A DNA stretch of 64,000 bases, taken from assembly GCA_964016885.1 (NCBI GenBank), contig OZ024765.1, positions 17,794,001-17,858,000 on the forward strand, read 5' to 3'. Below are positions 63,346-64,000 of this stretch, piece after piece. Under the pieces are notes generated by a model. It ran no database searches and was not told the origin of the DNA. It was given only the letters and a program-made list of their open reading frames with translations. Made by a program: the position numbers and the translations under genes. The first letter of the stretch is position 1, and the number at the start of each line of letters is the position of its first letter. The stretch is from Eledone cirrhosa. Its lineage: Eukaryota.

Positions 63346-64000
63346 TACTAGCAGCAGTACCCAGCGTTGCCTGGGTAGGTAAAATAATATCTGCTTTGAT
63401 GAAGAGGTGTTGATCTTAGCGACTGCGAGTTTCTGGAAAATCGGTCGTAAGGTGTAGCAAATGGCGAAATGTTGATTGAAATCGTATGGAATATGTGGGA
63501 GGTGGAAAAATCGTATTTTGAAGAGGTAAACGGCTGCCACGCCGTCCCCGAACAAAAAAATGCAAAGCGTAAAGCTACTATAAGATGTGCAATGATAGGT
63601 TCTATCGTAGTATAAAAGTTGAACCAAATAAATTGATTTATGTGTGAAGCCGAAGTTTCAAATTTGAACGAAATCGGTTGAAAAATGTGGGAGTTAGAGC
63701 CGAAAAGGCGGCAATTTGAGCGAAAATGTGATATTTTCGAATATTTAAGCGGCTGCCACGCCGATCCTGAACAAAAAATCCAAAATATAAAGCCACCTTA
63801 AGACGTGAAATAATCAGATCTAGCGTAGTGTAAAATTTGAACAAAGTAGGTTGAATAATGTGGGAGCTAGAGCCTAAAACGTGGAAATTTGAGTCTAAAA
63901 GTGGTATTTATGAATATTTAAGCGGATGCCACGCCGTCCCTGAACAACAAATGCAAAATATAAAGCCAATATAGGATGTGGAATGATAAATTCTATTTTG
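63346..64000 (+). mobile_element. Helentron/HINE-like element with ~170-220-bp internal repeats, running off the window end
   Basis: Terminus tactagcagcagtacccagcgttgcctgggt (subterminal hairpin acccag/ctgggt); cggctgccacgccgtcc..gaacaa recurs at ~63531, 63750, 63923. Confidence 0.6.

Overview
Eukaryotic, very AT-rich, repeat-saturated DNA, most likely an octopus or other cephalopod (inferred from the huge (TA)n/(CA)n tracts and tRNA-derived SINEs). Almost all ORFs in the supplied track are microsatellite artefacts. The one credible host gene is the terminal exon of a TGF-beta-superfamily ligand (minus strand, 58980-57020). It is highly aberrant: about 200-aa and 240-aa low-complexity inserts lie before and inside the cystine knot, basic cleavage sites bracket the internal insert, and Cys3, Cys4 and Cys7 are missing. 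The rest is transposon debris: R4/Dong-like, RTE and Tx1-like LINE fragments, three Penelope-like (GIY-YIG) fragments, two SINE families in tandem stacks, Tc1/mariner and hAT MITEs, and Helentron-like elements. The most striking non-coding signal is a set of at least four or five unrelated families of minimal type-I hammerhead ribozymes or hammerhead-like cores (CUGANGA...GAAA...UH). They are tied to Penelope-like ends, sit in (TA)n tracts and often form fold-back palindromes. There is also an approximately 81-bp tandem array in which each unit folds into a G:U-containing hairpin. All alignments and folds were done by eye.
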